Assembly (NCBI GenBank): GCA_963817895.1
Contig: CAWFQB010000001.1
Location: 1,312,001 to 1,376,000 of the forward strand
Direction of reading: 5' to 3'
Source: an uncultured Chthonomonadaceae bacterium
GTDB lineage: Bacteria > Armatimonadota > Chthonomonadetes > Chthonomonadales > Chthonomonadaceae
Length of the DNA: 64,000 bases
In this document: positions 1-12,118 of the stretch, piece after piece
Numbering within the stretch: the stretch's first letter is position 1
Layout of the letters: every line of letters begins with the position of its first letter
Translations under genes and position numbers: made by a program
The notes under the pieces: generated by a model
Seen by the model: the letters and a program-made list of their open reading frames with translations, nothing else
Database searches by the model: none
Told to the model about the DNA's origin: nothing

Positions 1-702
1 CCATATTGAGTGCTCCGTAGAAGTGCGTGTTGTCCCGACTGGCACTTACGGGCACAACCGGCGTGTGGCCTTTCTTGGCCCACACGCGCATCAAGGTGGC
101 TTGCAGGTACGCGCTGGCTTCGTTGCCCGCGAGTAAGATCGTCTTGGGCGCGTTTAACGCCACATCGAGGATTTTTTTTCCAGGTGTTCCTCGAATTCCA
201 TGAGCTTGGTCGCGTTGTGGCTCTTATATTGTTTCTCAGGACGCTGGTAGCTCATCTCGCAGGTACGCAGCAGGGTGCGTAAGGACGTCCGGCTCTGGTA
301 TACAACGTTGTAGTCACGGGCTAAGAGGGTGACAAGATCGGAGACACTCCAAAACTGCCCGTCCCCCTGGCATTTCTCCTTGCCCAACAACTGAGTGGGA
401 GTGTAGCGATGCAACTGGTTCTGCAAGGCTTCGAGTTGTTCGCCCGATAGACGCGCCCGGTTGCCGCCGCGTCGGGCATCCACGAGCGCGGTGAGGCCGT
501 GTTCCTGATAGGCGCGTGTCCAGCAGAATAGGCGAGTACGGCTACACCCGCAGATGTCTTGGATTTCGGCAACAGAGTAGCCCAAGCCATACAGACGAAC
601 AGCTTGGTAGCGGCTTTTAGTGTTAGCATCCTTGCAATGCAGGTATGCAGCGTTCAATGCGTTGGCGTCGGCTTCATTGAGGTGAAAAGTTCGTTGGCTC
701 AT
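1..702 (-). CDS. IS630-family transposase: HTH ORF 154-702 plus -1 frameshift into the catalytic domain
   Basis: HTH ORF ends ...MSYQRPEKQY...EHLEKK at an A8 run (172-179). The -1 frame continues ILDVALNAPKTILLAGNEASAYLQATLMRVWAKKGHTPVV...HFYGALNM, typical of the IS630 DDE domain start. Confidence 0.85.
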
Positions 703-741
703 ACCTCAGTGTACCATGTTTAACTGATTTGTCCATGAGTA
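1..741 (-). mobile_element. IS630-family insertion sequence, partial (runs off the left edge of the window)
   Basis: Encodes an HTH + DDE_3-like transposase (next entry). A TA dinucleotide at 740-741, just upstream of the gene, is the putative target/terminus. The other end is outside the window. Confidence 0.7.
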
Positions 742-932
742 GGGTGAACTACTCAAAAATATTTTCACACTCCTGTATTTTTAGCAGGAAGTCATACCAT
801 GATTGTTGAATTGTTATTCTACGAATACATCCAACCACACGGGTATGTTCAACAACTCGGATTTGTCGGTTGGCGTAGATAGGTAATGCGAATGGCCGTT
901 CTCGTGACGTACGCTCCTGATTGGTCGTGTTT

Positions 933-1922
933 CTATTCGCTCCCAATTAGTCTCGCTGCCTGACGCAATCTTCCTACGTCGCGCATGGGCGGCTCGCCGA
1001 ACTGCCGCTTGTACTCCTTGCTGAACTGCGCGGCATCTTCGTAGCCTACCCGATAGCCGACGGTTGCCGCGTCCAGGTCTTCCCCCACCAGAAGGCGACG
1101 CGCTTCCTGAAGGCGCAACTGCTTTTGGAACTGAAGCGGGCTCATCGCGGTGACGGCCTTGAAGTGTTCGTGAAATCCCGAGGAGCTCATCCCCAACTCC
1201 TTTGCCAAACCTTCAATCCGAAGCGGCTTGTCAAAATCGTGCCGAAGCCGATTAATGGCGCGGGCGATGCGGACCGTGTGGCCCCCCTCCAGGGCGATGT
1301 GCCGCAACCGCGCGCCCTGCTCCCCGACCAACAGACGAAAGTAAATCTCGCGGGTGATCAGTGGCAGCAGAATCCGCGCCTCCGCAGCGGGGGCCTCTAC
1401 GAGCCGCACAAGCCGCACGGCGGCTTCCAGTAAACCGTCTTCCAGCGAGCTTACATCGAGGGCCCGCTGGGCCGCAGCCGCTCGGTGGGGCGAAGGCATT
1501 GCGGCTTCCAGCATAACGGAGGCGACGAGGGCCGGATCGAGCTCCAAACGCAGGCTCAGGTATGGTTTTTCTGGGGATGCTTCGATGCTCTGAATCACGA
1601 TGGGCAGCTCGACTGTGCAGAGCATATAGTGGTGCTCATCGTAGCGGTAGCGCTCCTCCCCCAAAAAAATCTCCTTGTTCCCCTGGGCGATAACGCAGAA
1701 TGTGGGGAACGCCACACCGGGCGTCGGTTCCGGCGTGGCGGACACGCGGGTAAGGTGTAACCCCTTCAGCGGTTCAATGTCCCCGTCTTTCGGAACCGCG
1801 CGCCCGATGCGCTCCGTCAGCTCCTCGCGGTAGGCATATGCCATCATCTCCTTGCGTCCACCCGCCCCGCTTGACGGTCGTGCATCCCCGTTGCTCACCA
1901 AGTTATGCGCCTCATTGTTCAT
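933..1922 (-). CDS. AraC-family transcriptional regulator (AraC_N / YqhC-like)
   Basis: CVIAQGNKE N-domain; C-terminal HTH with FKAVTAMSPLQFQKQLRL and VGYEDAAQFSKEYKRQFG. GGAGG upstream of ATG 1922. Divergent from the AKR operon. Confidence 0.93.
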   Translation of the reverse strand: MNNEAHNLVSNGDARPSSGAGGRKEMMAYAYREELTERIGRAVPKDGDIEPLKGLHLTRVSATPEPTPGVAFPTFCVIAQGNKEIFLGEERYRYDEHHYMLCTVELPIVIQSIEASPEKPYLSLRLELDPALVASVMLEAAMPSPHRAAAAQRALDVSSLEDGLLEAAVRLVRLVEAPAAEARILLPLITREIYFRLLVGEQGARLRHIALEGGHTVRIARAINRLRHDFDKPLRIEGLAKELGMSSSGFHEHFKAVTAMSPLQFQKQLRLQEARRLLVGEDLDAATVGYRVGYEDAAQFSKEYKRQFGEPPMRDVGRLRQAARLIGSE

Positions 1923-2197
1923 GAATTCATAGTACCACCTCCCCATAAGCAGTGCCGTTTTTTTTGAGGTTCTGGAAGAATGACTAATTCTTTCCGAGGA
2001 ATGTCCTATCTACTTGTTCTTTGTCCACCGTAGAATAACGCAGAAGGCACAAGAAGTGCCCCTGGCCCCTTGTTGCATTGTGGAAATCTCTCTAATACGG
2101 AGACTGCCTCTTGGCTGGTCACAATCAAGGGCGTTGAGGCATTTGCAGGCAAAAGAAATCCATACAAAACAAGGGTCACTTCGCTTTGAAGATGTAG

Positions 2198-3376
<1,179 letters not shown>

Positions 3377-3440
3377 GACGCGCTATACCAGAAGTAAGCA
3401 ACGACGCACGATGAATACCAGAGCAAAGGAACGACGCCCC

Positions 3441-4130
3441 ATGAAACGAACCGCACTCGTGACCGGCGCCAACCGGGGTATCGGCCTCGCCATCGCCCGG
3501 CGTCTGGCGGAGCTTGGAAACCTTGTGCTCCTCGGAGCGCGCGACCTCAGGGCCGGCCAGGAAGCCGCCGATTCTCTCCGCCATCTGGGGCATGAGGTCG
3601 TGCCGGTCCACTTGGATTTGACCGATCCAATGACGATCAATGCCGCCCTCGATGCTTTCGAGAAATCCAGCACTCGGGTGGATGTGCTGGTCAACAACGC
3701 GGGCGTGCTCCACGACAAGGCGCTGCTGGAACTGACGGACGCAGAGATCGAGGAATCCGTTTCGGTGCATCTGACGGGACCGCTTCGCCTGATCCGCGCT
3801 CTTGTGTCCAACATGGAAGCGGCGGGTTATGGTCGGATTGTCAACGTGTCGTCGGATTGGGGATCGTTCGCTGCTGGTCTTGGTGGACCCGAGTTGTATG
3901 GCGTGACGAAGGCGGCGCTGAACGCGCTCACCGTTCGACTGGTGAAGGAACTACCGTCCACAATTACGGTGAATGCGATGTGTCCCGGCTGGGTGCGGAC
4001 GCGCATGGGCGGACAGAGCGCGACCCGAACTCCGGAGGAGGCTGCCGACACGGCCGTCTGGCTCGCGACGCTCCCGGAAGACGGTCCCACGGGCGGCTTT
4101 TACAGAGATCGCAAGCCCCTCAAGTGGTAA
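3441..4130 (+). CDS. SDR oxidoreductase (carbonyl-reductase-like)
   Basis: [35 protein letters not shown] upstream of ATG 3441. Confidence 0.93.
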   Translation: MKRTALVTGANRGIGLAIARRLAELGNLVLLGARDLRAGQEAADSLRHLGHEVVPVHLDLTDPMTINAALDAFEKSSTRVDVLVNNAGVLHDKALLELTDAEIEESVSVHLTGPLRLIRALVSNMEAAGYGRIVNVSSDWGSFAAGLGGPELYGVTKAALNALTVRLVKELPSTITVNAMCPGWVRTRMGGQSATRTPEEAADTAVWLATLPEDGPTGGFYRDRKPLKW

Positions 4131-4168
4131 TCGGATATCGGGAGTGCAAGGAAAGTGAGGAGATAGAT

Positions 4169-5017
4169 ATGAGTGCAAAGAAGGTCTGGTTTATTACGGG
4201 CGCCGGTCGCGGCATGGGAGTCGATTTCGCCAAAGCGGCGCTCGCTGCCGGTCATCCGGTCGTCGCCACGGGCCGAAACACGGACACCGTCCGCAAGGCG
4301 GTCGGCGAGACGGACAACCTGCTGGTCGTTACGCTGGACGTCACCCGTACCGAGGAGGCCGAGGCTGCGGCGCGGGCTGCCGTCGAACGCTTCGGCCGCA
4401 TCGACGTGCTGGTCAACAACGCCGCCAACTTCTACGGCGGCTACTTCGAGGAGCTGACGAAGGAGCAGATCGAGCGGCAGCTGGCGACGGCGCTCATCGG
4501 CCCGATGAACGTTACCCGCGCCGTGCTGCCCGTGATGCGCAAGCAGCGCTCGGGCCACATCCTCTCGATCTCATCGGGGGCGGGCCTCACGGGCTTCGAG
4601 TTCAATTCCGCCTACTGCGCCGCCAAGTTCGGCCTGGAGGGGTGGACGGAAGCGCTGCAAGCCGAGATTGCCCCGTTCGGTATCCACACCACCATCGTCA
4701 ATCCCGGCTTCTTCCGCACCGAGCTCCTGACCCAGGAGTCGGCGACCTATGCCGAGCCTTCCCTCGAAGACTACGCCGAGCGCCATCGCCAGCGGGTGCA
4801 GTGGTACGAAGCTATGAACGGCAAGCAGTCCGGGGATCCACGCAAGCTCGCCCAGGCGCTGCTGACGATCTCGGAGCAGGATTCGCCGCCGCGGCGTTTC
4901 CTCGCCGGGGTCGATGCCATCGGTATCGCCGAGCAGAAGGTGCAGGACTTGGAGGAGCAGATCAACGCCTACCGCGACCTGTCCATCTCCCTGGCACATG
5001 ACGAGGCCAATGCGTGA
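4169..5017 (+). CDS. SDR oxidoreductase
   Basis: WFITGAGRGMG, IDVLVNNA, YCAAKF, PGFFRT; GAGGAG RBS. Confidence 0.93.
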   Translation: MSAKKVWFITGAGRGMGVDFAKAALAAGHPVVATGRNTDTVRKAVGETDNLLVVTLDVTRTEEAEAAARAAVERFGRIDVLVNNAANFYGGYFEELTKEQIERQLATALIGPMNVTRAVLPVMRKQRSGHILSISSGAGLTGFEFNSAYCAAKFGLEGWTEALQAEIAPFGIHTTIVNPGFFRTELLTQESATYAEPSLEDYAERHRQRVQWYEAMNGKQSGDPRKLAQALLTISEQDSPPRRFLAGVDAIGIAEQKVQDLEEQINAYRDLSISLAHDEANA

Positions 5018-5220
5018 ACCTCGGCTGAAAGAACGAAGGAGGGAATTCGTTATGAATCCTTTAGGTGTCCCCTCGTTGTTGTTCATGGCGCGGGTCATGT
5101 CGATCTTTACGACCGCGTGAACATGATTCCGTTTGACAAACTCACGGATTTTTTCACGAAGAACCTCTGACGTAGCGGCAAAGCGGTGATTGCCGCTCGC
5201 ACAGAAGAGAAGGCATACAT

Positions 5221-6441
5221 ATGGAAGTCAAATCAATCCCGCAATTGACCGCGTTTCACAGGAATTCGGAAGCAACGGGCGCAGCGGTAACCTGGCAGAC
5301 GTGGAGTGCGGTCGGCTCTATGGCGCTCTGCGTGGCCCTGCTGATCGCCTCGGAATTCATGCCGGTCAGTCTGCTCACGCCCATCGCCGCAGACCTGCAC
5401 GCGACCCAGGGCATGGCGGGCCAGGCCATCTCCATTTCGGGGCTGTTCGCGGTTATCGCAAGTTTGTTTATCGCCACCATCGCCGGTCGCTTTGACCGCC
5501 GCCATGTCTTGCTCACCCTCACGGGAGTGATGCTCGCCTCGCTCGTGCTGATCGCGCAGGCGGAGAACTTCCTGATGCTGATGTTAGCGCGAGCGCTTCT
5601 CGGCGTCGTCATCGGCGGGTTCTGGTCGCTCGCCACAGCGACGGTCATGCGCCTGGTCCCGGAGCAGTCCGTGCCAAAAGCATTAGCGCTTGTCTATACC
5701 GGCAACGCGGTTGCCACCGCTTTTGCCGCGCCCATCGGAAGCTACCTCGGAGGCATCATCGGTTGGCGCGGCGTCTTCTGGGGATTGGTCCCCATCACCT
5801 TGTTGAATCTGGTCTGGCAGTGGGTGAGCCTCCCGGCGATGCAGCCCCAGGCGGCAAATCCGGTGAGCAAGCTCCTCGGCTTGCTAAAGCGGCGAAACGT
5901 CGCCATCGCCATGGCCGGAGTCATGCTCACCTTTTCGGGCGCATTCGCGAGCTTCACGTACTTCCGGCCCTTTCTGGAAGGCGTGACGAAAGTGAACGTG
6001 CCGCAGCTTTCTCTGCTGCTCCTGGGGCTGGGAATGGCGGGCTTTGTCGGCACCTACGGGGCCGGGGCCTTGTTGAAGCGCCACCTGTATCCCTTGCTTC
6101 GCTGGCTGCCCCTGGCGCTCGCCGCGGCCACGCTCTGCCTGCTTCTGGTGGGGCATTCTCTCTGGGGAGTCGCGCTGACGCTGGTTGTCTGGGGAACGCT
6201 AAACTCGGCCATTCCGGTGTGCTGGTCCACCTGGCTGACAAAAGGCATCCGCGATGAACCGGAGAGTGGCGGCGGGCTGATGGTGGGAGCCATTCAGCTT
6301 TCGATTATGCTGGGGGCGACCCTTGGCGGCTTTCTTCTGGACCATCTCTCAATAGGCGCAACGCTGGTCGGTGGTACGGCGCTGCTGGTTCTCGCCGCAT
6401 TGGTGGTTGGCAGTGGTGACCGAATAAGACCGCTAACGTAA
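5221..6441 (+). CDS. MFS transporter (DHA1 / NepI-like)
   Basis: About 12 hydrophobic segments; SEFMPVSLL, GRFDRR, ARALLG, GWRGVF. Confidence 0.92.
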   Translation: MEVKSIPQLTAFHRNSEATGAAVTWQTWSAVGSMALCVALLIASEFMPVSLLTPIAADLHATQGMAGQAISISGLFAVIASLFIATIAGRFDRRHVLLTLTGVMLASLVLIAQAENFLMLMLARALLGVVIGGFWSLATATVMRLVPEQSVPKALALVYTGNAVATAFAAPIGSYLGGIIGWRGVFWGLVPITLLNLVWQWVSLPAMQPQAANPVSKLLGLLKRRNVAIAMAGVMLTFSGAFASFTYFRPFLEGVTKVNVPQLSLLLLGLGMAGFVGTYGAGALLKRHLYPLLRWLPLALAAATLCLLLVGHSLWGVALTLVVWGTLNSAIPVCWSTWLTKGIRDEPESGGGLMVGAIQLSIMLGATLGGFLLDHLSIGATLVGGTALLVLAALVVGSGDRIRPLT

Positions 6442-6475
6442 TTAACGGAAGCAACGAAATTGGAGGAGTAACATT

Positions 6476-6892
6476 ATGGACATCAAGCGAAGCGGAGCAC
6501 GGCCTTCCGGTAAAGGCCCTGAAGACTGGTTTACCGGCATCGTGCGCATCGACCCACTTTTTTCCGCACCGGACCCGGCGCGGGCTGCGGGAGCGCATGT
6601 GACGTTCGAACCCGGCGCGCGGACGGCGTGGCACACGCACCCGTTGGGGCAGACGCTTATCGTCACCTTTGGTCTCGGATGGGTGCAGCGCGAAGGCGGC
6701 CCGGTGGAGGAGATATGTCCAGGCAACGTCGTGTGGTTTGAGCCGGGCGAAAAGCACTGGCACGGCGCGAGCGCGACCACCGCGATGTCGCACATCGCCA
6801 TCCAGGAGAGCTTAAACGGCAGTCCCGTCACGTGGATGGAACACGTCAGCGATGCGCAGTACCAGGCTCCGCCGACGAAGCAGCCGGAATAG
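6476..6892 (+). CDS. Cupin-domain protein
   Basis: [20 protein letters not shown] and EKHWHGA cupin motifs; GGAGGAG RBS. Confidence 0.93.
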   Translation: MDIKRSGARPSGKGPEDWFTGIVRIDPLFSAPDPARAAGAHVTFEPGARTAWHTHPLGQTLIVTFGLGWVQREGGPVEEICPGNVVWFEPGEKHWHGASATTAMSHIAIQESLNGSPVTWMEHVSDAQYQAPPTKQPE

Positions 6893-6929
6893 GACGAATA
6901 AAACAACGGAAACAAATAAGGAGATTGGC

Positions 6930-7874
6930 ATGGCACACAAAGCAATTGGTTACCGGAGATACGGAGGCCCGGAGGTTTTGGAGATCTTGGATCTTCCTGA
7001 AATTCATGCGGGGGCCGGACAGGTGCGAATCCGAAATCACGCCGCGACCGTAAATCCCACGGACATCCTGGCTCGAACCGGAATGTTGTCCGAACAGCAA
7101 AAGGGCATTGCACCGCCTTATATCCCCGGAATGGAAGCTGCCGGGGTTGTCGATGAGGTCGGAGAAGGCGTGACGACGGGCGTTAAGGTAGGGGACGCGG
7201 TTCTTGGGCTTGTCGTCCCCCGGGGAGATCACGGCGCCTATCGAGAGCAAATTGTTCTCTCGGCACAATCCGTGGTTTCGGTGCCTGCGGGAAAGTCATT
7301 TGCCGAAGCCTGCACGCTCCCCATGAATGGGCTAACGGCGAGAATGTCCCTTGATCTGCTGAACCTCGCCCCCGGCCAAACCATTGCTGTAACGGGCGCA
7401 GCCGGAGCCTATGGGGGTTACGTCATCCAACTCGCAAAGGCGGATGGATTGGTGGTCATTGCGGATGCGTCGGAAAAGGATGAAGCACTGGTAACGTCGC
7501 TTGGCGCGGACATTATAGTGCGACGAGGTGACGATGTTGCCCGTCGGATCCGCGAGCACTTTCCCGAGGGCGTGGATGGCCTGGCGGACGGAGCCGTGCT
7601 GAATGAACGCGTGATTCCCGCCGTCCGCGATGGGGGCGCATTCACGTCCGTGCGCGGTTTTCAAGGTGAGGCGCAAAGGGGCATCCGATTTTCCAAAACC
7701 TTTGTCATGAATTACGACGGTAAGTTCGACAAGCTGGACCGGCTGCGCGAGCAAGTCGAAAACGGAACGCTCTCTTTACGACTGGCCGCAACTTATCCCA
7801 AAGAACAAGCAGCAGCGGCCCACACCCGTCTGGAGGCGGGTGGAACTAGGGGGCGTATCGTTATCGAGTTTTAA
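6930..7874 (+). CDS. Zn-independent MDR / NADPH:quinone oxidoreductase-like
   Basis: [45 protein letters not shown]. Confidence 0.92.
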   Translation: MAHKAIGYRRYGGPEVLEILDLPEIHAGAGQVRIRNHAATVNPTDILARTGMLSEQQKGIAPPYIPGMEAAGVVDEVGEGVTTGVKVGDAVLGLVVPRGDHGAYREQIVLSAQSVVSVPAGKSFAEACTLPMNGLTARMSLDLLNLAPGQTIAVTGAAGAYGGYVIQLAKADGLVVIADASEKDEALVTSLGADIIVRRGDDVARRIREHFPEGVDGLADGAVLNERVIPAVRDGGAFTSVRGFQGEAQRGIRFSKTFVMNYDGKFDKLDRLREQVENGTLSLRLAATYPKEQAAAAHTRLEAGGTRGRIVIEF

Positions 7875-7901
7875 CCCATTTAATAAAGAAGGAGACAGAC
7901 C

Positions 7902-8924
7902 ATGCGAGGAGCAGTTCTTTACGGGCCGGGCGACGTGCGTTACGAAGAGCGCCCTGACCCGAAAATCATCGAGCCGACGGATGCTATCTTGAAACTCTCG
8001 GCGACCTGCGTGTGCGGGTCGGATCTGTGGCCCTATCGCGGCGTAGATACGTCCGGTGAGCCGATGCCCATGGGACACGAATACTGCGGCATTGTGGAAG
8101 AGGTAGGCAGCGCGGTCAAAAACATCAAGCCCGGCCAGTTCGTCGTCGGCTCGTTTTTTGCCTCCGACAACACCTGCCCCATCTGCCAGGCGGGGTATCA
8201 GAGCCGCTGCGTAGACGCGCGACTGATGGGAAAAGAGGGCGCGCAGGCCCCGTATCTGCGTGTTCCGCTTGCGGACGGAACCCTCGTCGCTACCCAGGAA
8301 CTTCCTGATGACGATTTGATTCCTGGCCTCTTAGCCACTTCCGATGTTTTCGGCACGGGCTGGTTTGCCGCGGACGCCGCCAACGTGCAGCTGGGGAAGA
8401 CAGTCGCCATCGTGGGAGATGGGGCGGTCGGCCTGTGCGGAGTGATCGCAGCCAAGCAGATGGGGGCGGAGCGCATCATCATGATGAGCCGTCACGAAGC
8501 CAGGCAGAAACTTGCGCTGGAGTTCGGCGCGACGGACATCGTGACGGAGCGCGGCGACGAGGGTATTGCGCGCATCAAGGACATGACCGACGGACTCGGC
8601 GCGCATTCGGTGATTGAAGCGGTCGGCACACAGGAATCCATGATGCAGTCTATTCGCTCCACGCGCCCCGGTGGACACGTTGGTTTCGTTGGGGTCTCTC
8701 ATGGCGTTGAGATTCCTGGCGACGTGCTGTTCTTTGCCGAGGTGCATTTGCTGGGCGGCCCTGCGCCCGTGCGCCATTACCTGCCGGATCTGATAGACCT
8801 GGTGTGGAACCGAAAGATCAACCCCGGCAAGGTCTTTGACCTGACGCTTCCGCTTGACCAGGTAGCGGAAGGCTACCGTGCCATGGACGAGCGCCGCGCC
8901 ATTAAGACACTGCTGCGACCATAA
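7902..8924 (+). CDS. Zn-dependent alcohol dehydrogenase family protein
   Basis: CVCGSD, GHE, GDGAVG motifs; AAGGAG RBS. Confidence 0.93.
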   Translation: MRGAVLYGPGDVRYEERPDPKIIEPTDAILKLSATCVCGSDLWPYRGVDTSGEPMPMGHEYCGIVEEVGSAVKNIKPGQFVVGSFFASDNTCPICQAGYQSRCVDARLMGKEGAQAPYLRVPLADGTLVATQELPDDDLIPGLLATSDVFGTGWFAADAANVQLGKTVAIVGDGAVGLCGVIAAKQMGAERIIMMSRHEARQKLALEFGATDIVTERGDEGIARIKDMTDGLGAHSVIEAVGTQESMMQSIRSTRPGGHVGFVGVSHGVEIPGDVLFFAEVHLLGGPAPVRHYLPDLIDLVWNRKINPGKVFDLTLPLDQVAEGYRAMDERRAIKTLLRP

Positions 8925-9099
8925 GGAGAGGCTGCCACAAGTAGATGATGGAAAGGATGAATGGAAGAAGTCGCTCGTCGTCGGCAATCGACGTAGCGGA
9001 GTAGCGAAAGGCTTTTGGATTTTTCTGCGAAGAGCCGTTTGTTCTCCCGGAGAGAAAGAGGGCGAGGACAACGTCACTTCATACAAGAGGAGGTACAAC

Positions 9100-9978
9100 A
9101 TGAAACGGATTTCCACGATGCTTGTAGCGCTTTTCCTGGCCGCCATTACCTTTGCGACAGCCTTTCCTACAGGAGCCACTCCGACAGACGCTCCGGCAAC
9201 GGCTCAAAACGCGCAGGAGATCACCATCACGCGAAGCGGCGCAAAACCCCCGCAGCAGGGAACGCCGGAACGCTTCACGGGTTCTGTGCGCATTGACCCA
9301 TTGTTTGACGCGCAAGCGCCGTCTCGTATGCTGGGTGTCTCTGTTACCTTCGCGCCGGGCGCCCGCAGTGCCTGGCACACACATCCGTTGGGACAGACGC
9401 TCATTGTCACTGCGGGCGTCGGTCTCGTTCAGAGGTGGGGCGGACCCATTCAGGAAATGCGCAAAGGCGATGTCGTCCGTATTCCATCGGGCGTTAAGCA
9501 CTGGCACGGCGCTTCGCCCCATTCTGCAATGACCCATCTTGCCGTACTTGAGGAACTCGACGGCACAAACACTACCTGGATGGAGAAGGTGAGCGATGCA
9601 GACTATAGGCACGAAGTACAAGGAGTAAAAACTATGAACAAGGAACCCTCTGCAATCAAAAAATCCCTCGGCGACTTTGCGCCCAAGATGGTGCAACTGA
9701 CCGACGATGTTCTTTTTGGCGATGTTTGGGAGCGTCCTGAGCTTTCGCCCCGCGACCGCAGCCTCATCACTGTTGCCGCGCTCACCGTGGGCGGCAACGC
9801 CGAGCAGCTTCCGTTCCACTTAACCAAGGCCAAAGAGAACGGACTTTCCGAGACGGAGATCGTCGAAGCCATCACGCACCTGGCCTTCTATACTGGCTGG
9901 CCGAGAGCGCTGTCTGCAATTAACGTCGCGAAAACCACCTTTCAAAAGCCGCCCGCACCCCCCGCAGGAGAGAAATAG
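9100..9978 (+). CDS. Signal peptide + cupin + carboxymuconolactone-decarboxylase (CMD/AhpD-like) fusion
   Basis: [15 protein letters not shown] signal; [13 protein letters not shown] cupin; [20 protein letters not shown]...[12 protein letters not shown] domain; GAGGAGG RBS. Confidence 0.9.
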   Translation: MKRISTMLVALFLAAITFATAFPTGATPTDAPATAQNAQEITITRSGAKPPQQGTPERFTGSVRIDPLFDAQAPSRMLGVSVTFAPGARSAWHTHPLGQTLIVTAGVGLVQRWGGPIQEMRKGDVVRIPSGVKHWHGASPHSAMTHLAVLEELDGTNTTWMEKVSDADYRHEVQGVKTMNKEPSAIKKSLGDFAPKMVQLTDDVLFGDVWERPELSPRDRSLITVAALTVGGNAEQLPFHLTKAKENGLSETEIVEAITHLAFYTGWPRALSAINVAKTTFQKPPAPPAGEK

Positions 9979-10018
9979 AGACAGTAACGGATCTAGGGGA
10001 ACAACCGGAAGAGAAGGC

Positions 10019-10177
10019 ATGAAGGATCGAAAGACAATGAGTTTAACTCTAGCGTTGATGGTCATGGCTCTTGGCAATGTCTCCTGCGCCGCCGACTGTG
10101 ACTTTGCTCGCTTCGTGGCACGGTTTGTTCTAGCTGCGTGGCACTGCCAAGTAGACAAGATTTCGTCATTCCTGTGA
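10019..10177 (+). pseudogene. Possible 5' remnant of a secreted-protein gene
   Basis: MKDRKTMSLTLALMVMALGNVSCAA signal-like start after a purine-rich RBS; the ORF stops just before the IS3. Confidence 0.3.
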
Positions 10178-10284
10178 TAACGGCAAAATTGCGTTGCGCC
10201 GAGCCCTGTGTGCCACAATAGGTTGAGACAAAATCCCGTACACGAAATAGTGTAGATCGCCAGGGCGGAGAATGGATTTCTCAG

Positions 10285-10731
10285 ATGAATACGCCGTTGA
10301 CAGACAGCCCAACCACTCGCCTCACCAACAATGGACACCACAGCGCGCCCTCCCCCGCGCTGCGCCCGGAGGCGCAGGTGCAAACGCGCCCCACGCGCCG
10401 CCGCTTTACCGCTGCGTACAAGCTGCGCATCCTTAAAGAAGCCGACGCCTGCGTCAAGCCGGGAGAGTTGGGGGCGCTGCTTCGCCGCGAAGGGCTGTAC
10501 TCCTCCACGCTTGCCAACTTCCGCAAACTGCGCGAGGCGGGTCAGTTGGGCGAGAAGAACTCTGCCCAGGCGCAGAAGCAGCGCAAAGACAAAGAAGCCG
10601 CCCGCCAACGCGATGCCCGCAGGATGGCCGCTCTGGAAACCGAGAACCAGAAACTGCGCGTTCTGCTGGAACTCCAAAAAAAAGTAGCGGCCTTGCTCGA
10701 CCTGACACTGGAAGAAACGCCGCCCGAATAA
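10285..10731 (+). CDS. IS3 transposase OrfA
   Basis: RRRFTAAYKLRIL...GALLRREGLYSS HTH; coiled coil ending ELQKKV at an A8 run (10676-10683). Confidence 0.9.
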   Translation: MNTPLTDSPTTRLTNNGHHSAPSPALRPEAQVQTRPTRRRFTAAYKLRILKEADACVKPGELGALLRREGLYSSTLANFRKLREAGQLGEKNSAQAQKQRKDKEAARQRDARRMAALETENQKLRVLLELQKKVAALLDLTLEETPPE

Positions 10732-11774
10732 GCCTGGTTGCCGAAGCGGGCGCAACGACCGGGATTGGCCGCGCCTGTGATGCGGTGCAACTGAGCCGCG
10801 CCCGCTTCTACCGGGAGCAACACGCTGGTACGGGCACAATCCAAGAAGGCGTCCTTGTTCCCAAAGCACAACGGGGTTCTCCTCGCCGCTTGTCGGAAGA
10901 GGAACGCGCCCTGTTGCTCAATCTACTCTTGTCGGAACGCTTTGTAGACGCTTCGCCCCGGCAGGTGTATGCGCAATTGCTGCAAGAAGGCGTGTATCAC
11001 GCTTCCTATCGCACGATGTATCGCCTGCTGCACGAACACCAAGCCATCTGTGAGCGTCGGCGGGTTCGCAGGCATCCGGCGTATAGCAAACCTGAACTTA
11101 AGGCAACCGGCCCTAATCAGGTGTGGACATGGGACATCACCTACTTGAAGACGCCCATTCGGGGTCGCTTCTATTACTTATATGTGGTTATGGACATCTA
11201 CAGTCGTTATGTGGTCGGCTGGATGCTCGCAGACCGGGAGTGTCAATACCTGGCGCACAAGCTGCTGCAAGAAACCTGTCGTAAATACAACATCGCGCCT
11301 AACCAACTCACCCTCCATGCGGATCGCGGCGGGCCGATGAAAAGCCAGTCGGTAGCGCAGCTCTTACTTTCGTTGCAGGTGACCCGTTCGCACAGCCGCC
11401 CGCGTGTCAGCAACGACAACCCGTACTCGGAAGCCGGGTTCAAAACGATGAAGTACAGCGCCTACTTCCCGGAGCGCTTTAGCAGCCAGGAAGACGCGCA
11501 GACGTTCTGCCAGGACTACTTTGTCGGGTACAATACGTGCCACCACCATACCGGCTTGGTGTTGCTTACGCCCGAACAGGTGCATTTCGGCGAAGCAACG
11601 CAGGTATTGGCGCAGCGGCAAGTCACGTTAGATAACGCCTATGCCGCGCATCCGCAACGCTTTCGAGAGCGTCCGCAGGCGGGGCAGTTACCCGAACGTC
11701 GTCTGGATCAATGCGCCTGCGTTGCCCGTTGGCGAAGGCACAGCACCGGTTGCCGGTTGAGTGGCGAGGAATGA
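10683..11774 (+). CDS. IS3 transposase OrfB (rve integrase core), reached by -1 frameshift
   Basis: The -1 frame is open from the A8 run into the OrfB ORF. PNQVWTWDITY, HADRG, NDNPYSE form the DDE triad. The VWINAP C-terminus is shifted out of frame near 11691. Confidence 0.88.
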   Translation, partial: SSGLARPDTGRNAARISLVAEAGATTGIGRACDAVQLSRARFYREQHAGTGTIQEGVLVPKAQRGSPRRLSEEERALLLNLLLSERFVDASPRQVYAQLLQEGVYHASYRTMYRLLHEHQAICERRRVRRHPAYSKPELKATGPNQVWTWDITYLKTPIRGRFYYLYVVMDIYSRYVVGWMLADRECQYLAHKLLQETCRKYNIAPNQLTLHADRGGPMKSQSVAQLLLSLQVTRSHSRPRVSNDNPYSEAGFKTMKYSAYFPERFSSQEDAQTFCQDYFVGYNTCHHHTGLVLLTPEQVHFGEATQVLAQRQVTLDNAYAAHPQRFRERPQAGQLPERRLDQCACVARWRRHSTGCRLSGEE

Positions 11775-11875
11775 CTGCTCGCTACATAAAAATACTTTCG
11801 CTTTTTGTCTCAAAATCCTTGACACATTCCGGAGCGCATGACCTATAAGGTCACTCTTCTAGGCGATGAGGTTAG

Positions 11876-11908
11876 ATTCCTGTGATAACTACTGTTCTCA
11901 CAGGAATC
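11876..11908. other. Palindromic site with 6-bp spacer (dif/Xer-like architecture)
   Basis: GATTCCTGTGATAA-CTACTG-TTCTCACAGGAATC. The left 14 bp also occur at 10168-10181. Confidence 0.5.
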
Positions 11909-12118
11909 AGCCCGGAGTGCCACTTAAATAGAAAAGTTGCCAAAGAATCAGAAAAGTCACAAGAGAGAGGCAGGTGGCTAAGAAGTGTTGGTCTTCCTGG
12001 CATAGAAGTGCGGATACAGCGGGCAGGAAAAAGCCACGATGATCGCCAACAACGATTTGTTTTCTGCCATACGAGCAGTATTGTGGGAAGCGAACGCCAA
12101 TGGGGAGGGAGGGAGTAA

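Larger units (their letters stand above)
10205..11831 (+). mobile_element. IS3-family insertion sequence with 4-bp target duplication GAGC
   Basis: GAGC at 10201-10204 and 11832-11835. Imperfect terminal IRs with TTGAGACAAAA at the same distance from each end. Contains orfA and orfB. Confidence 0.85.
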
